The position numbers and the translations under genes were made by a program. A stretch of DNA of 64,000 nt from Harriotta raleighana (lineage: Eukaryota), in the NCBI GenBank assembly GCA_050575255.1, contig JBNZDD010013440.1:209360-273359 (forward strand), given 5' to 3'. The stretch's first letter is position 1. Every line of letters begins with the position of its first letter. The notes under the pieces are model-generated. The model worked only from the letters and a program-made list of their open reading frames with translations. It had not been told where the DNA came from and did not search any database. Below are positions 49,901 to 59,402 of this stretch, one piece after another.

Positions 49901-52240
49901 GCTCCTAATTGTCAGTTAATTCCCAAACTCAATGGTGCTATCATTTTCACATCTTATTGATGTCTTAAAGTGCTTCACAAAATATGCTGTGAAGTGAATT
50001 GACTGTATATTTGTGGGCAAAACATGGCCCACAAATGGGTCATTTGTACCAATTACAAATGGGTACTGGGTACCCATTCTATAACCTGTCATACTGGAGG
50101 TGCAGCAAATTTTATCTTCCCTTGAACAACAGTGAAACACATCATAAATTTACAGAGGATTAGATATTGGCTGTGAGCCTGATTTGCTAAATGTAGGGAA
50201 GCTGTACAGTTTATTTGCTGGAATAAAAACCTCACCATATAAGGAGACTTGACGGTTTGAGGGGAGAAGGCAATAAGTTCAAGTTCACCTACTGTAGATC
50301 CCTGTCATCCTCAACATGAATTGAACGGCACTAAGCCAAAGAATAGGGAGGGACATGGGGGAGGGGAAGGATAGAGAGGATATGCTCTCTATTTTCTCAT
50401 GTATGTGAAAAATGCATGTTTGATGTTGCATTTTGTTAAATTGGATAAAGTAGAACTTTTGAAAGTGGAGCTCCTGTAGCTCAGTGGTTAGAGCACTTGC
50501 TTTACAAGCATGAGACCTGTGTTCGAATCCAGGCAGATCAGGATGAAACCTTGGGCAAGTTTCCTTACTCTACATGCCTAATAAAAAAAACCACAATAAT
50601 ACAAATTGGTCATTTGAATCCTTGATTGTTTGTGGGACACTGCTGTGTACAATTGTCTGCCATGTTTTGCCCACAAATATACAGTCAATTCACTTCACAG
50701 TATATTCTGTGAAGCATTTTAAGACATGAATAAGATGTGAAAAGTACTATAGCAAATGAAACTATTATTATTATAGTTCTGTAGACTAACTCTCTGATCA
50801 ATCTGTTGTCAGTTACATCAATTATTTAATTGTGGAAACATTCCTGCTTTGTTTCAGGGAATCAGTTGGCTTAGACATGAAGTACTTACAGAAGAGAGAT
50901 GGCAGTAATACAGGATTGACTCAAGCGATGCCATTTCAGATGGCTTCATATCCATCCAGCACAGGTAGTAAAATATTTGATTTTATGTACCTCTTGTGCA
51001 ATTTTTTTAATTTCAGCCTTAGAGCAATAGCAATGTTAGATGTGGTATGTTTAAAAGAAAAAAAATTAATACTCCTTCCAGACGTTCCACTTATTTTTGT
51101 TTAACTGTCTGTTAATGATGTACCTTCAGGTTTGCGGTATATGTTGTTTCAATGCAATATCTATGATATAAGGGAGAGATCCACGTACAGTAAAACCTTG
51201 TTTATCCGTGATTCGATGAACTGGAAAACCCGTTCAACCGCCATCTCAAAAAAAAAAGACCTGATTCAACAAACCGGAAGTTATCCGGCAAATAGTGATG
51301 ACTCGTTTAATGAATCAACTGTCGCAAGCGAGTGCTGGTGCAGGTTGGCTGCTAGTCAACTCGCGGTTGGCTGCTAAGTCGTGTTTTTTTTTACCTCTTG
51401 TCAGGTGAGGGCTGCGATTGCGAAGTTAAGTATAAATAATAAAGCACTAATACAATATTCTGTTATTATTTAGTCTATTATTAATATGGTATGTGTTAAA
51501 ATAATTTTAATTAAAACAAATATATATATTTAAAAATATATATTTTTGACCGCATCTGGCCAGGTCCCGTGGGTGCCAGATAAACAAGGTTTTACTGTAT
51601 TAAAGGGTGAAACGTCTCCACATCTTTATGTATTGAGGCTTATATTTGTGAATATTCTATTTTGGGATGTGAGCAGAGCAAGGTGACCGGAGCATCTCAT
51701 CTCTGCTCACAGGTCCCCTAACAGCATGCCTGAAATCATGAAATTGTGGGCAGAAACATATACCTTAATACTTCATGGCATTGCAGTTATTATGGCTCCT
51801 ACACTAACCTACAAATACAGTCAGTATACTTTATACTAAATCCTGTGAAGTATTTTGAAACATCCTTCTGGCATGAAAGACTCTGTACCAAATACAACAC
51901 CACCAACACACTTGCACTTGTATAGTGCCTTTCACATTAGGAGTACATCCCAAGGAAACAAGGATTATTATTATTACAGAATTAGGACAGTTTTTTTTGT
52001 TAAAAATTGTTAAAAATTTAGATTAGTTTTGAGCAATAAAGGTGTTTCAAACAATGATAATAAAGCCCAGCTATAATTAGGTGTCAGATTGGTTAAAATG
52101 ATCTATTATTTTGCTCTTTTTTTTCCTTCCACATGTTTTAATTAGTATCAACCAGGCCACCTGTACCTAAGCCGGGAAATCCACCACCAAGAGTGTCTGC
52201 CTACTTCCCAGGACAACAGCCGAGACTCCCTGCATCGTGA
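13913..52240 (+). CDS. SASS6: SAS-6 centriolar assembly protein, complete 17-exon gene span (~662 aa)
   Basis: Manual splicing gives one continuous frame: [23 protein letters not shown]...[11 protein letters not shown]...QQGLLVEF...[17 protein letters not shown]..., a long coiled coil, then ...SAYFPGQ. This follows vertebrate SAS-6 as recalled. I62 and the NPFKHL head-dimerisation motif are conserved. All intron phases are compatible. Confidence 0.97.
14681..14805 (-). mobile_element. Penelope-like element terminal fragment with hammerhead ribozyme core
   Basis: Minus strand reads CTGACGA-agggccatggacct-GAAAC-GTT-gactc followed by ...atgctgcctgacctaccgag...tcagatttctagcatctg; sits in a (TAT)n tract. 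Confidence 0.65.
18192..18631. repeat. ~200-bp-arm inverted repeat (fold-back or MITE-like palindrome)
   Basis: 18192-18396 is the reverse complement of 18433-18631 with scattered substitutions and small indels; 36-nt spacer. Confidence 0.92.
18785..19120 (+). mobile_element. Deu-type SINE interrupted by a Penelope-like fragment (18893-19039) with an inverted 5' segment
   Basis: SINE body stops at ...cacaaatatagtcaa and resumes at ttcactttacagta.... The insert is homologous to 14681-14805. Confidence 0.7.
19261..19820 (-). mobile_element. Two adjacent L2-type LINE 3' fragments
   Basis: Tail at 19261; [13 protein letters not shown]-like coding remnant; second fragment from ~19640. Confidence 0.8.
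20090..20522 (-). mobile_element. Composite retroposon with ~144-bp tandem units (SINE core plus pyrimidine-rich spacer) and SINE-type tail
   Basis: actgtatatttgtg recurs at 20357 and 20501; homologous to 41700-42050. Confidence 0.7.
21342..21402 (+). CDS. SASS6: SASS6 exon 2
   Basis: Acceptor ttgcag; [20 protein letters not shown]; donor AAG|gtagag; 61 nt. Confidence 0.93.
22200..22590 (-). mobile_element. L2-type LINE 3' fragment
   Basis: Family tail plus [17 protein letters not shown] / [17 protein letters not shown] remnants. Confidence 0.85.
25505..25765 (-). mobile_element. Deu-type SINE
   Basis: B-box (gggttcaattcc on the minus strand), core and tail as in 50467-50774. Confidence 0.8.
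26400..26790 (+). mobile_element. L2-type LINE 3' fragment
   Basis: Same family body and tail. Confidence 0.8.
27220..27299 (+). CDS. SASS6: SASS6 exon 3 (PISA motif region)
   Basis: Acceptor cattag; [26 protein letters not shown]; donor AG|gtaggt; 80 nt. Confidence 0.96.
28045..29750 (-). mobile_element. Long, decayed, internally deleted L2-type LINE
   Basis: 3' tail at ~28050; post-RT remnants ([28 protein letters not shown]) at 28450-28920; endonuclease-like segment at 29000-29450 homologous to 38050-38330. Confidence 0.78.
30518..30622 (+). CDS. SASS6: SASS6 exon 4
   Basis: Acceptor ttgcag; [34 protein letters not shown]; donor CG|gtaggt; 105 nt. Confidence 0.96.
30984..32143. mobile_element. 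TA-flanked CAGTAAAA-TIR MITE (Tc1/mariner type) interrupted by an L2 insertion
   Basis: ta|CAGTAAAACCTTGTTTATCCGG ... aaaggttttacta|ta; the L2 occupies ~31010-31770. Confidence 0.75.
31010..31770 (+). mobile_element. L2-type LINE 3' fragment, relatively intact
   Basis: [36 protein letters not shown]2 remnant; (GTT)n tail. Confidence 0.88.
32420..32875 (+). mobile_element. Older L2-type LINE 3' fragment
   Basis: Degenerate body; tail gtgtgaagagtgctatataaatgcaaattgttg. Confidence 0.7.
32998..34159. mobile_element. CAGTAAAA-TIR MITE containing a nested copy of the same family (33188-33828)
   Basis: Outer ta|CAGTAAAAGTCGTTTATCC...GGATAAACAGGCTTTTACTG|ta; inner ta|CAGTAAAACCC...GGATAAACAGGGTTTTACTG|ca. 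Confidence 0.85.
34391..34562 (+). CDS. SASS6: SASS6 exon 5
   Basis: Acceptor ctgtag; [57 protein letters not shown]; donor AAG|gttggt; 172 nt. Confidence 0.97.
34735..34812 (+). CDS. SASS6: SASS6 exon 6
   Basis: Acceptor ttttag; [26 protein letters not shown]; donor CAG|gtttgt; 78 nt, phase 0/0. Confidence 0.9.
35194..35313 (+). CDS. SASS6: SASS6 exon 7
   Basis: Acceptor gttcag; [40 protein letters not shown]; donor CAG|gtgagc; 120 nt. Confidence 0.96.
35895..36086 (+). CDS. SASS6: SASS6 exon 8
   Basis: Acceptor ctttag; [17 protein letters not shown]...[26 protein letters not shown]; donor GAG|gttagc; 192 nt. Confidence 0.96.
36574..36768 (+). CDS. SASS6: SASS6 exon 9
   Basis: Acceptor gttcag; [28 protein letters not shown]...ESTQEHK; donor AAG|gtattg; 195 nt. 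Confidence 0.96.
36862..37140 (-). mobile_element. Older L2-type LINE 3' fragment
   Basis: Degenerate tail and body. Confidence 0.65.
37589..37678 (+). CDS. SASS6: SASS6 exon 10
   Basis: Acceptor gtacag; [30 protein letters not shown]; donor AAG|gtaact; 90 nt. Confidence 0.95.
37940..39840 (+). mobile_element. Long decayed L2-type LINE (endonuclease, RT and C-terminal remnants)
   Basis: LTETW endonuclease motif and GGGVALI; VPQYSILGP (RT QGS-like); [17 protein letters not shown]. Confidence 0.8.
40265..40444 (+). CDS. SASS6: SASS6 exon 11
   Basis: Acceptor ttacag; [32 protein letters not shown]...LRLKEEE; donor GAG|gtaatg; 180 nt. Confidence 0.96.
40532..40613 (+). CDS. SASS6: SASS6 exon 12
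   Basis: Follows an 87-nt intron; acceptor taatag; [27 protein letters not shown]; donor G|gtaggt; 82 nt. Confidence 0.95.
40850..41330 (+). mobile_element. L2-type LINE reverse transcriptase fragment
   Basis: [27 protein letters not shown] and YVDDTQ motifs across frameshifts. Confidence 0.85.
41700..42050 (+). mobile_element. Composite retroposon with 145-bp tandem units ending in an L2-type tail
   Basis: gacactgctgtgcgcaattt at 41741 and 41886; ends cagcgccttgggacgtcctcctgatgtgaaaggcgctatataaa; preceded by a CT-rich tract at 41440-41720. Confidence 0.72.
42100..42500 (+). mobile_element. Decayed CR1-type LINE 3' fragment
   Basis: gtcaagccacaccttgaat...ttctggtcacc...cagagggtaatcaatgctggaacagcttgcca resembles the CR1 ORF2 C-terminus. 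Confidence 0.55.
43101..43231 (+). CDS. SASS6: SASS6 exon 13
   Basis: Acceptor tcgcag; (V)[17 protein letters not shown]...VVQNSL; donor CTG|gtaagt; 131 nt. Confidence 0.93.
43963..44435. mobile_element. Opposite-orientation CR1-type tails flanking an AmnSINE2-like piece
   Basis: 44009-44066 and 44363-44419 are reverse complements; attcatag repeats at the left end; 21-bp local tandem duplication. Confidence 0.6.
45155..45283 (+). CDS. SASS6: SASS6 exon 14 (boundaries uncertain: start 45155 or 45158, end 45283 or 45304)
   Basis: Acceptor ttttcagcag; [22 protein letters not shown]...PSLIPR. PVSSA matches the human tail. All boundary options are phase 0. Confidence 0.75.
46415..46521 (+). CDS. 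SASS6: SASS6 exon 15
   Basis: Acceptor ttatag; [35 protein letters not shown](M), compare human VQFN; donor AT|gtatgt. Confidence 0.82.
46991..47855. mobile_element. CAGTAAAA-TIR MITE with expanded interior
   Basis: ta|CAGTAAAACCTTGTTTATCC...GGATAAACAAGATTTTACTG|ta; purine-rich tract and (TG)n inside. Confidence 0.85.
47735..48118. repeat. ~190-bp duplication joined at N47926 (likely assembly overlap)
   Basis: 47735-47925 matches 47927-48118, differing only in the A/T homopolymer part. Confidence 0.85.
48620..48896 (-). mobile_element. Full-length tRNA-derived Deu-type SINE
   Basis: Minus strand ggagtcctgcagctcaatgattagagcac...gtttgaatccagg head, core and (ATT)n tail. Confidence 0.85.
50467..50774 (+). 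mobile_element. Full-length tRNA-derived Deu-type SINE
   Basis: A box TAGCTCAGTGG, B box GTTCGAATCC, core gtgggacactgctgtgtacaattgtctgcc, LINE-like tail and (ATT)n. Confidence 0.88.
50858..50964 (+). CDS. SASS6: SASS6 exon 16
   Basis: Acceptor tttcag; [22 protein letters not shown]..., compare human ENVGLESKYLKKRE; donor G|gtagta. Confidence 0.88.
51188..51597. mobile_element. CAGTAAAA-TIR MITE, compact 410-bp copy
   Basis: ta|CAGTAAAACCTTGTTTATC...GATAAACAAGGTTTTACTG|ta; perfect 19-bp TIR with TA target duplication. Confidence 0.9.
52146..52240 (+). CDS. SASS6: SASS6 exon 17 coding part to the stop codon
   Basis: Long pyrimidine tract then attag; (V)[30 protein letters not shown]; conserved SAYFPGQ terminus. 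Confidence 0.92.
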
Positions 52241-53645
52241 TAGAAGAGGACGAAACACAACTTCTCAGCCTAACTCACAGTCACACAGGAACAGGGATTG
52301 TGAGGAAAGAGGTTCCTTTCCTCAAAACAGGCCTCCTGGGTAGTTCACTGCAGCTTTATGCAGGATTACATTTAGGTCTGTTTATTCATTGTAGGAAATG
52401 GACAGTGATAATTACTATTAACTGAAGATGCTCATTCAAACTGCCAGAATGCATTCCATTGCCATTCCCAAAATATAATCTATAGACAAATGTAACGTTC
52501 AGATCAGGGAAAGGTCTCCTGTACAGGTTAGAGTCGGGTTCAGGGGGGAGAAATATACCAAAGTACCTGTTGTATGTCTTAGGTTAGTTTGCTATCATGT
52601 GCCTTACAGATCACTGGATTGTTGTGTCTGGTAAATACTTTGGAGCAATGGACAGGTTGAGTAAGTTTAACAATGTAGTTCTTGGGTATCACACATTACA
52701 GAGTAGAGAATACTGGCTACCCTCTGCTAGATTAATACTATGTATTTGTGATGTTTAGTTTTGTCTTACTATTTGTACAATTTTCCCCATTAATTTCTCT
52801 TTATGAAGACGTTTAGGGCGACGGAACTCAGTATAATTCTTCATCAGTTTGTGCATTATGGTATTGGCATTATCAGTATCGTTGTTTTGGAGCTTTTGTC
52901 TTTCTTTGGTCAAACTATACTACCTCTCTTATAGGAGTGTTTTTCTTCACCCAATATCGTGTGTGGCACTAGTTGACACTGAATAGAAGAAAACTGTTTC
53001 TTTGTGTTTGGGTAACAGCTAGTTGGAAGTACTACATGCCCTCTCTCTTAGCATCAAACTGGTGATGTGCATCAACTAACAGAAACTAGCCTTCAGTTTA
53101 ATTTTCATTTCATACATTTCAGTTTTATAATTGAAACCTCACAGTAATTCAATGTATACAGTCAGTATTACAACATAGGAATGGGCTGGACCTGCCAAGT
53201 GCTGTGGAGGTCAGTTATTCTATCAAGGACTGATATTTTGCATTGGAAGGCAAAGAATGATCAGTTTTATCTTGTCTGTAGAGCATTTGCTGTAAACGTT
53301 TGCAGATTAAATTTGATAGTTGCATACAAATAGGATTTCAGATATTATTGCCCAATGAATAGAAGCACTGAGCATCACGCTTACTGTCAGATTATTTGCC
53401 TACCCTTCAGCAGCTCTTGTGCACAATTCTGAATCCGAACTGTGATGCATTGTTTCACTTCAATATGGTGACTTAATATGATTGCATCAGGGAATTTAAA
53501 GCATATCAGATGTACACAAGTGATACCAAGTTTCCTATCATACTATAAGTAGTAATTTATGACATCTGATTTACTGAATGTCAGTGTACAAATTGTAACA
53601 TACTTTGTATTATACGAGTGTTGCATATTTTGACAATTTTAAAGA

Positions 53646-53651
53646 AATAAA
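53646..53651 (+). terminator. Probable SASS6 polyadenylation signal (3' UTR ~1.4 kb)
   Basis: AATAAA at the end of a repeat-free AT-rich stretch after the stop codon, preceded by TGTA motifs and followed by T/GT-rich sequence. Confidence 0.65.
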
Positions 53652-54016
53652 ATACATGCACTTTTGCAAAAAAAAAAGGTTGGATGGAATTTTGATTGTT
53701 TGGGTTCAGCTCGTTCTGATCTGATAACAGTAATTACCACTGGATTTTAAAATGCATCCAAATTGCTATTTGCAAGGGGTTACAATGCGAAAATGTGTTG
53801 GCTAAATTGAAAATGAAATGATTAAAAGATTCTCAGAAACTGATCCTGTAAATAGTTTGGATGGAGGAAATGTTTCATATCAATACTCCCTCACTGATCA
53901 GACACCATTTTATACTAAATAACATGCACAAAAAATTGTGTGTATGTATAAGTGCTTTGAGACATTTAGAAGATGTGAAAAGTGTTACATCAAATGCAAG
54001 GATTCACATATATATA

Positions 54017-54306
54017 TATATATATATATAGATAAATAGAATAGCCTAATGAAATTGCTCTGGAATATAATCTAGAACATTCTAGATTTATTTACAATCT
54101 AGAGAGTAAGGGGGAATGACATTGTGCCAAAAGTTCCACTGTCTGCGTTAACTCATACAGTTATATATATATATAGATAAATAGAATAGCCTAATGAAAT
54201 TGCTCTGGAATATAATCTAGAACATTCTAGATTTATTTACAATCTAGAGAGTAAGGGGGAATGACATTGTGCCAAAAGTTCCACTGTCTGCGTTAACTCA
54301 TACAGT
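54017..54306. repeat. Perfect 145-bp tandem duplication, each copy starting in a (TA)n tract
   Basis: gataaatagaatagcc...aactcatacagt at 54031 and 54176. Confidence 0.9.
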
Positions 54307-55014
54307 GGATTTTTTGACTTGTAAGATACTAGCTATAATTTGTTTAGTTTTTGAGTTGAGATAGGTAGCAGTTTAATTATGTGAACTGGATTTGAACTGA
54401 GCTGTTGTGTTAGTTTATTACGAGGGGTGTGTAGGGGAGCATCACATTCAGGAATATGTCAATGTCTCCAATTATGACTGGGTAAGAATTTGATTTCTCA
54501 ATGATAAATTAATATTGGCATGACGGGCGGTAGTTTTCAGCCCAAGCGCTGATTTCTGTTTAGAAATGTTTTATGAGGTGAGTATCGTCGAAGAATTTGA
54601 AGCCATTAAATCCCATCTACCTTCAAATTACAAAAGGAAATCTATATCATTGTGTATTTTGGCTTCTTTATGCATTCCACAACTTAAACGTTATTGTATT
54701 AATCAACATCGAAACTGGAATAGAGGCCAAGCTACCTGTGTAAGTTTTGTCTTTTTTTAAAAAAAAAGACTGGCATTATGCAGTAATTTGCTTTGTTAAA
54801 TATTAGCTCAACTGTTGTTCACATATTTGACCATCACGATAATGCACAAAGACTTGTAAAGTGATTGGTTCTTGTACCCCTATTGTCTGTGCTGAATAAC
54901 TCAATGCCACCTATCACCTGAACAACAGTGTGCTCATGGAAAGCAGAGGTGCCAGATTGGAAAGTGAAGGTGCCAACTAAATTTAGAATGATGGAATACA
55001 TTTTGCATTGTATT

Positions 55015-55405
55015 AACCATGCCTTGCCCCACTTTACGACTGCAACCTCCTAACCCCCTACCAACCTCTCCTCCCCCTCCATTCACCGGGCTCCGGCCTG
55101 CATCATGTCTCCCGACCCACCCACCCCACCATCGGCAGGCGAGCCTTCAGCCACTCTGCCCCTAACCTCTGGAATTCCATCCCGTGGTCACACCCTCCCT
55201 GGCCTCCTTCACCTCGCATCCTCCCTGACCTCCTTCAAGTCCCGCCTCAAGACCCTCCTCTTCGACTGTGCCATCAGTCACCCTCCTTTCCCTCCAACTT
55301 CCCTGATCCCAACCCCAGCTTGTGTCCGAAACACTGACTGTCCAGCACCTTGGTACATCCTCCTGACATGAAAGGCGCTATACAAATGTAATATTGTTGT
55401 TGATT
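55015..55405 (+). mobile_element. L2-type LINE 3' fragment
   Basis: Family body and tail; an extra tail remnant extends to ~55518. Confidence 0.82.
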
Positions 55406-58400
55406 GAACTTCCTCTTTGACCGTGCCTACCATAATCTCCCCTTTCTCAGTGTCGAACGCTATTCTTCTGAAATGCAACCCTACATGAAGAGCGCTGTAT
55501 AAATACAAGTTGTTGTTGAGGTTGCTAGGAGTGCTGAAGGTGATCCTGACTTCTTTTCTACACCCAATATCCTTTCTAATATGATGTCCAAGAAGCTTGC
55601 TGTGGCATTACACATGTTTCATGGATTAGATTGTCATTGGACTATTAATGCTGCTTTTATTCTGTGTTTGTTTCTATAAAACAGTATTTTGTCAATCTGA
55701 AGGCAAGTGCCTTCTTGCACACAACTAATACGAAGTAGGTGCCTGGGTGAGGAGGGGAAGGGACCTCTAATACACCAGTCTATGTATTAGAAACAGAACT
55801 AACAAAAAACAATCCATTCTGTCCCATTTACTTGCCTTGTCTCTATAACATTGTAAATTATTCCTTTCCAGATATCTTCAAAGCTAATATGAATCTTGCC
55901 TCAAGCACACCTTAACAACTCTGTTAAAAAATTTTTTCCTAATCTTCCCCCCCATCTCCCTTAATAATTACCTTAAATTGATTGTTAATAGTACAAATGC
56001 ATTTCAAATTCATACCTTCGAAGAGCTTAAGATGACAATTGAGAATGTACAGTAAACTGGATAACTGTACCTTGGCTTAGTCACACTACTTAAGTCACTC
56101 TGCTGTCAATATCCTGTCACTACCCTTTGCAAAATAATAATAAAGAACTTTACTTTAATTGTTACTCCACTAGCCATGTAACTACTCAAATTCTAGAAAT
56201 TCTTGTCAGTACTTACAGTGTAAATGGATTGCATAACTTGCCCTATAACAACATCAACAACAACAAAATTACACTTGTATAGCGCCTTTCACGTCGGGAG
56301 GACGTCCCAAAGCGCTGAACAGTCAGGTCGGGACCCGAGATGGAGTCATGCGTTCTGCTCTATCGTGTGACTGGTGAGGGCGCTCTGTGGATGTTGGACG
56401 CACATGTTTCAATGCTTTGCAATGACTCCGGGTCTATTGCAAGACTGAGCCAGGACCTCCTGCTCTATACTTTGACAGGATCAGTTGGGAAGTGAAGGCA
56501 TAGCCCTCCAATGGACCAGAAATCTGCGACCAGATAGGGTGGGAGACCACAGCACGATTCACCAAAACCCAAAGGTGGACACAGAGATGTGATAACATAG
56601 AATTACACAGAATATATAACACAGAAACTAGCCATTTTGCCCAACTGGTCTATGCCAGCGTTCATGTTCCACATGAGCCTCCTCCTGCCCTTCCTCAACT
56701 AAACCTATTAGCATATTCCTTTCTCCCTTATACACTTATCTAGCTTCTGCTTTATGCATCTATGCTTCTCCACACCTATAATAATAATAATACTATTCCA
56801 TACAAAAACCCTCCACAATAATGATAATAATAAAATTGGTCCTTTCAATCCACGACTACTCTTCGCAATTGGCTGCTGCTTTTTGCCCACAAATATTCAG
56901 TCAATTCACTTTACAGTATATTCTGTGAAGTGCTTTGAGACGTTGAGAAGATGTGAAAAGCGCTATATCAAATGCAAAGATTCATATATATTATCTATGA
57001 TGCATCTGAGCTCCCCAGTTAGTGCCACCTTTTGGTCCGGGAGGACTTGTGCTTAACTAGCCACTACACTTAACTAGTCGCTGAAGAATGAAGAGTTATT
57101 CAGAGTTTACTGCATATTCACTGATTGTGCTCTTTAGGCTGGTTTAAATTCACAAAGCATGCATGAATTCACCTCAACCTCCGTTATTTTAATGTAATTC
57201 TGTTTATTATTTTTTAATCTTTTAAGTTTTGTACCAAAATTAGCTTGCAATGATCAGTTATTCAAAGTTAAAATTACAAAGGCAGTTTGATGTCGCTGTG
57301 GCAACATAAGGTAAACATTTGCATTTAATTGTAGCCAACTTGACCTTTCTTGGGTCAGAAAGGCAGTTGAAGCTTATAAATCAATGTCTTTGTTTACTGC
57401 ATGTTAAAGCAGTTATCTTGAACTGTAGCAACCACAATCCGTGGTTAGGAAAGGTCTTTAGAAAGCAGGCGACCTCAGTGCTGGGGACTGAGAAATCATT
57501 GTTCAGCTACTTTCATCAGCATTTTGGCAGGGAACTCCCAAATAGGTGAGAGACAAGGTTTTGAATGTAATTTACTGGCAGCCCCAGGTCACCTAGGTTG
57601 AGAGAACTGCTATCATGTGATCTTGTCCACATTGCCTGCACAACCATCTTGCTTGGCGGGGGTGGGGAGAGAATGTGTGTAAAGCAATACATTTTGGCGG
57701 GTGAGTGTTGAAGGCAAATCTTTTCTCTTCACTCTACTACAGAATATTTCCATTGCTTATCCGGAGGAGTAAATGCAAGGATATTATTATTATTGTATTA
57801 AATAGAGGGTCGTTGAGTAGGGATGATCTTAGGATGGAGCCATGGGTATATTGAAAGGTTTCTGATGGAGATGCAGTTTGTCCCCAGATGTTCTTCCAGT
57901 GACTGAGATCCAGTCAATGCTGCCACCTTCCTGATGAGCATCTTTTCACCCCCAATGTGGATTATTAGCAATTTGGTTTTCAGCTAGTAAACACAACCTG
58001 CTTCCTCCATCCGCAGTAATTAGAGATGTTGTTGGAATTATGGATGATTCTGAATTTTACAGATTGAATGCTCCTTCTGTGGACCAGTAATTATGAAAGA
58101 ACTTAAATTACTATCACTAGGACTGAAATATATGTGGAATAAAGACTCATCCTCAATTTATCTAAAGTAAAAGTGATCGGATAAGCATTATTGGTGGCCA
58201 GTTTTATAACCGTGGAATGTTTTGAGTGAAAATATGGTTTTGTGGAAGAGGACCACAACAAAACAACAAAATTACATTTATAGAGCGCCTTTCACGTCGG
58301 GAGGAAGTCCCAAGGAGCTGAACAGTTAGGTCGGGCAGTTAGGACAAATATAGCTGATGCTTGGCAAAGAATAATGATTTGTATTTGATCCAGAACACAA

Positions 58401-59402
58401 TGTTGTTGGTTCACCGCTGTTTATTTTCTAAACAAAGGAGCTTAATTTGCAGAATACAGTAATAATATTGAGGTTTTTTTCTTGAGGTATTATTATCAGG
58501 CGTGTGGAGTAAGGAAACTTGTCCGAGGTTCCCAATGAAACTGGCACCGGGTAACCATAATTCATGTTTAACTGCAATAAAACTAACAGTCCCTAAATTA
58601 CTCAATATTAATGTAGAGTATTTCAGGGTAAGAATCATAAATTGTGGTTTTGTGTGTCGTTTGTATTTAATACAGGAACTCATGGATCACCTTGTTGGGA
58701 CAATCTGCTGGGGGTTTACTGCCCCCTGTTGACTATTCCATTTATAAAATCAGGTTCAATGACAGTCCCAAAGAAAACAGAATTCATCATTCCAGCTAAC
58801 TTCCCAACAAACATGAGTAAATCAATGGTAATCATCATTTGGGCTTCTTTCCTTTGTGATGGAGTTGTTATACTTTGGGATTTTTCTTTCATGGGAAAGA
58901 TACATTAATAAATTGGTCATTTCAATCCATGCCTATTTATGGGATGCTGCTGTGCTCAATTGGCTGCTAGTTTACTCCCACAAATATACAGATAAGTCAC
59001 TTTACAATATATACTGTGAAGCCCTCTGAGACTTGAAAAGCGCTATATCAAATGCAAGGATTATTTTTATTTTACAGGACACTTCCCCTGAGGTATTTTC
59101 CATTCTCTGCATTTTTCCCACTTTCACTTGAACGTGCAGAATGAGTGTGGGAACTGAAGTTAAATTCTTGTTTTCAATGTGGCTCATTTCTTTGTACAGT
59201 GTCTTTTTTTTCCAAAATAAATGTTACATTTTGAGATTCTGTTTACGTAGAATACTGAGGCTTCAAATCGTTCAAATATAATGAAGGATGCAAGGACATT
59301 CAATGTAACAGATCACCTCCCTGAAAATTAAACTGAGCGGTTCTCACTATCTGACATATTGACATTATTTCTCTTAGGTTTTCTGCCTCTATTATGGGAT
59401 AA

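Noticed and set aside
50467-50540. tRNA gene (A and B boxes, apparent TAC anticodon)
   Set aside because: It continues directly into a SINE core and tail, lacks a proper acceptor stem, and other copies differ at the anticodon position.
56342-56429. Possible structured ncRNA closed by a ggagtcat/atgactcc stem
   Set aside because: Only an 8-bp stem with no C/D or H/ACA boxes, adjacent to a LINE fragment; compatible with chance.
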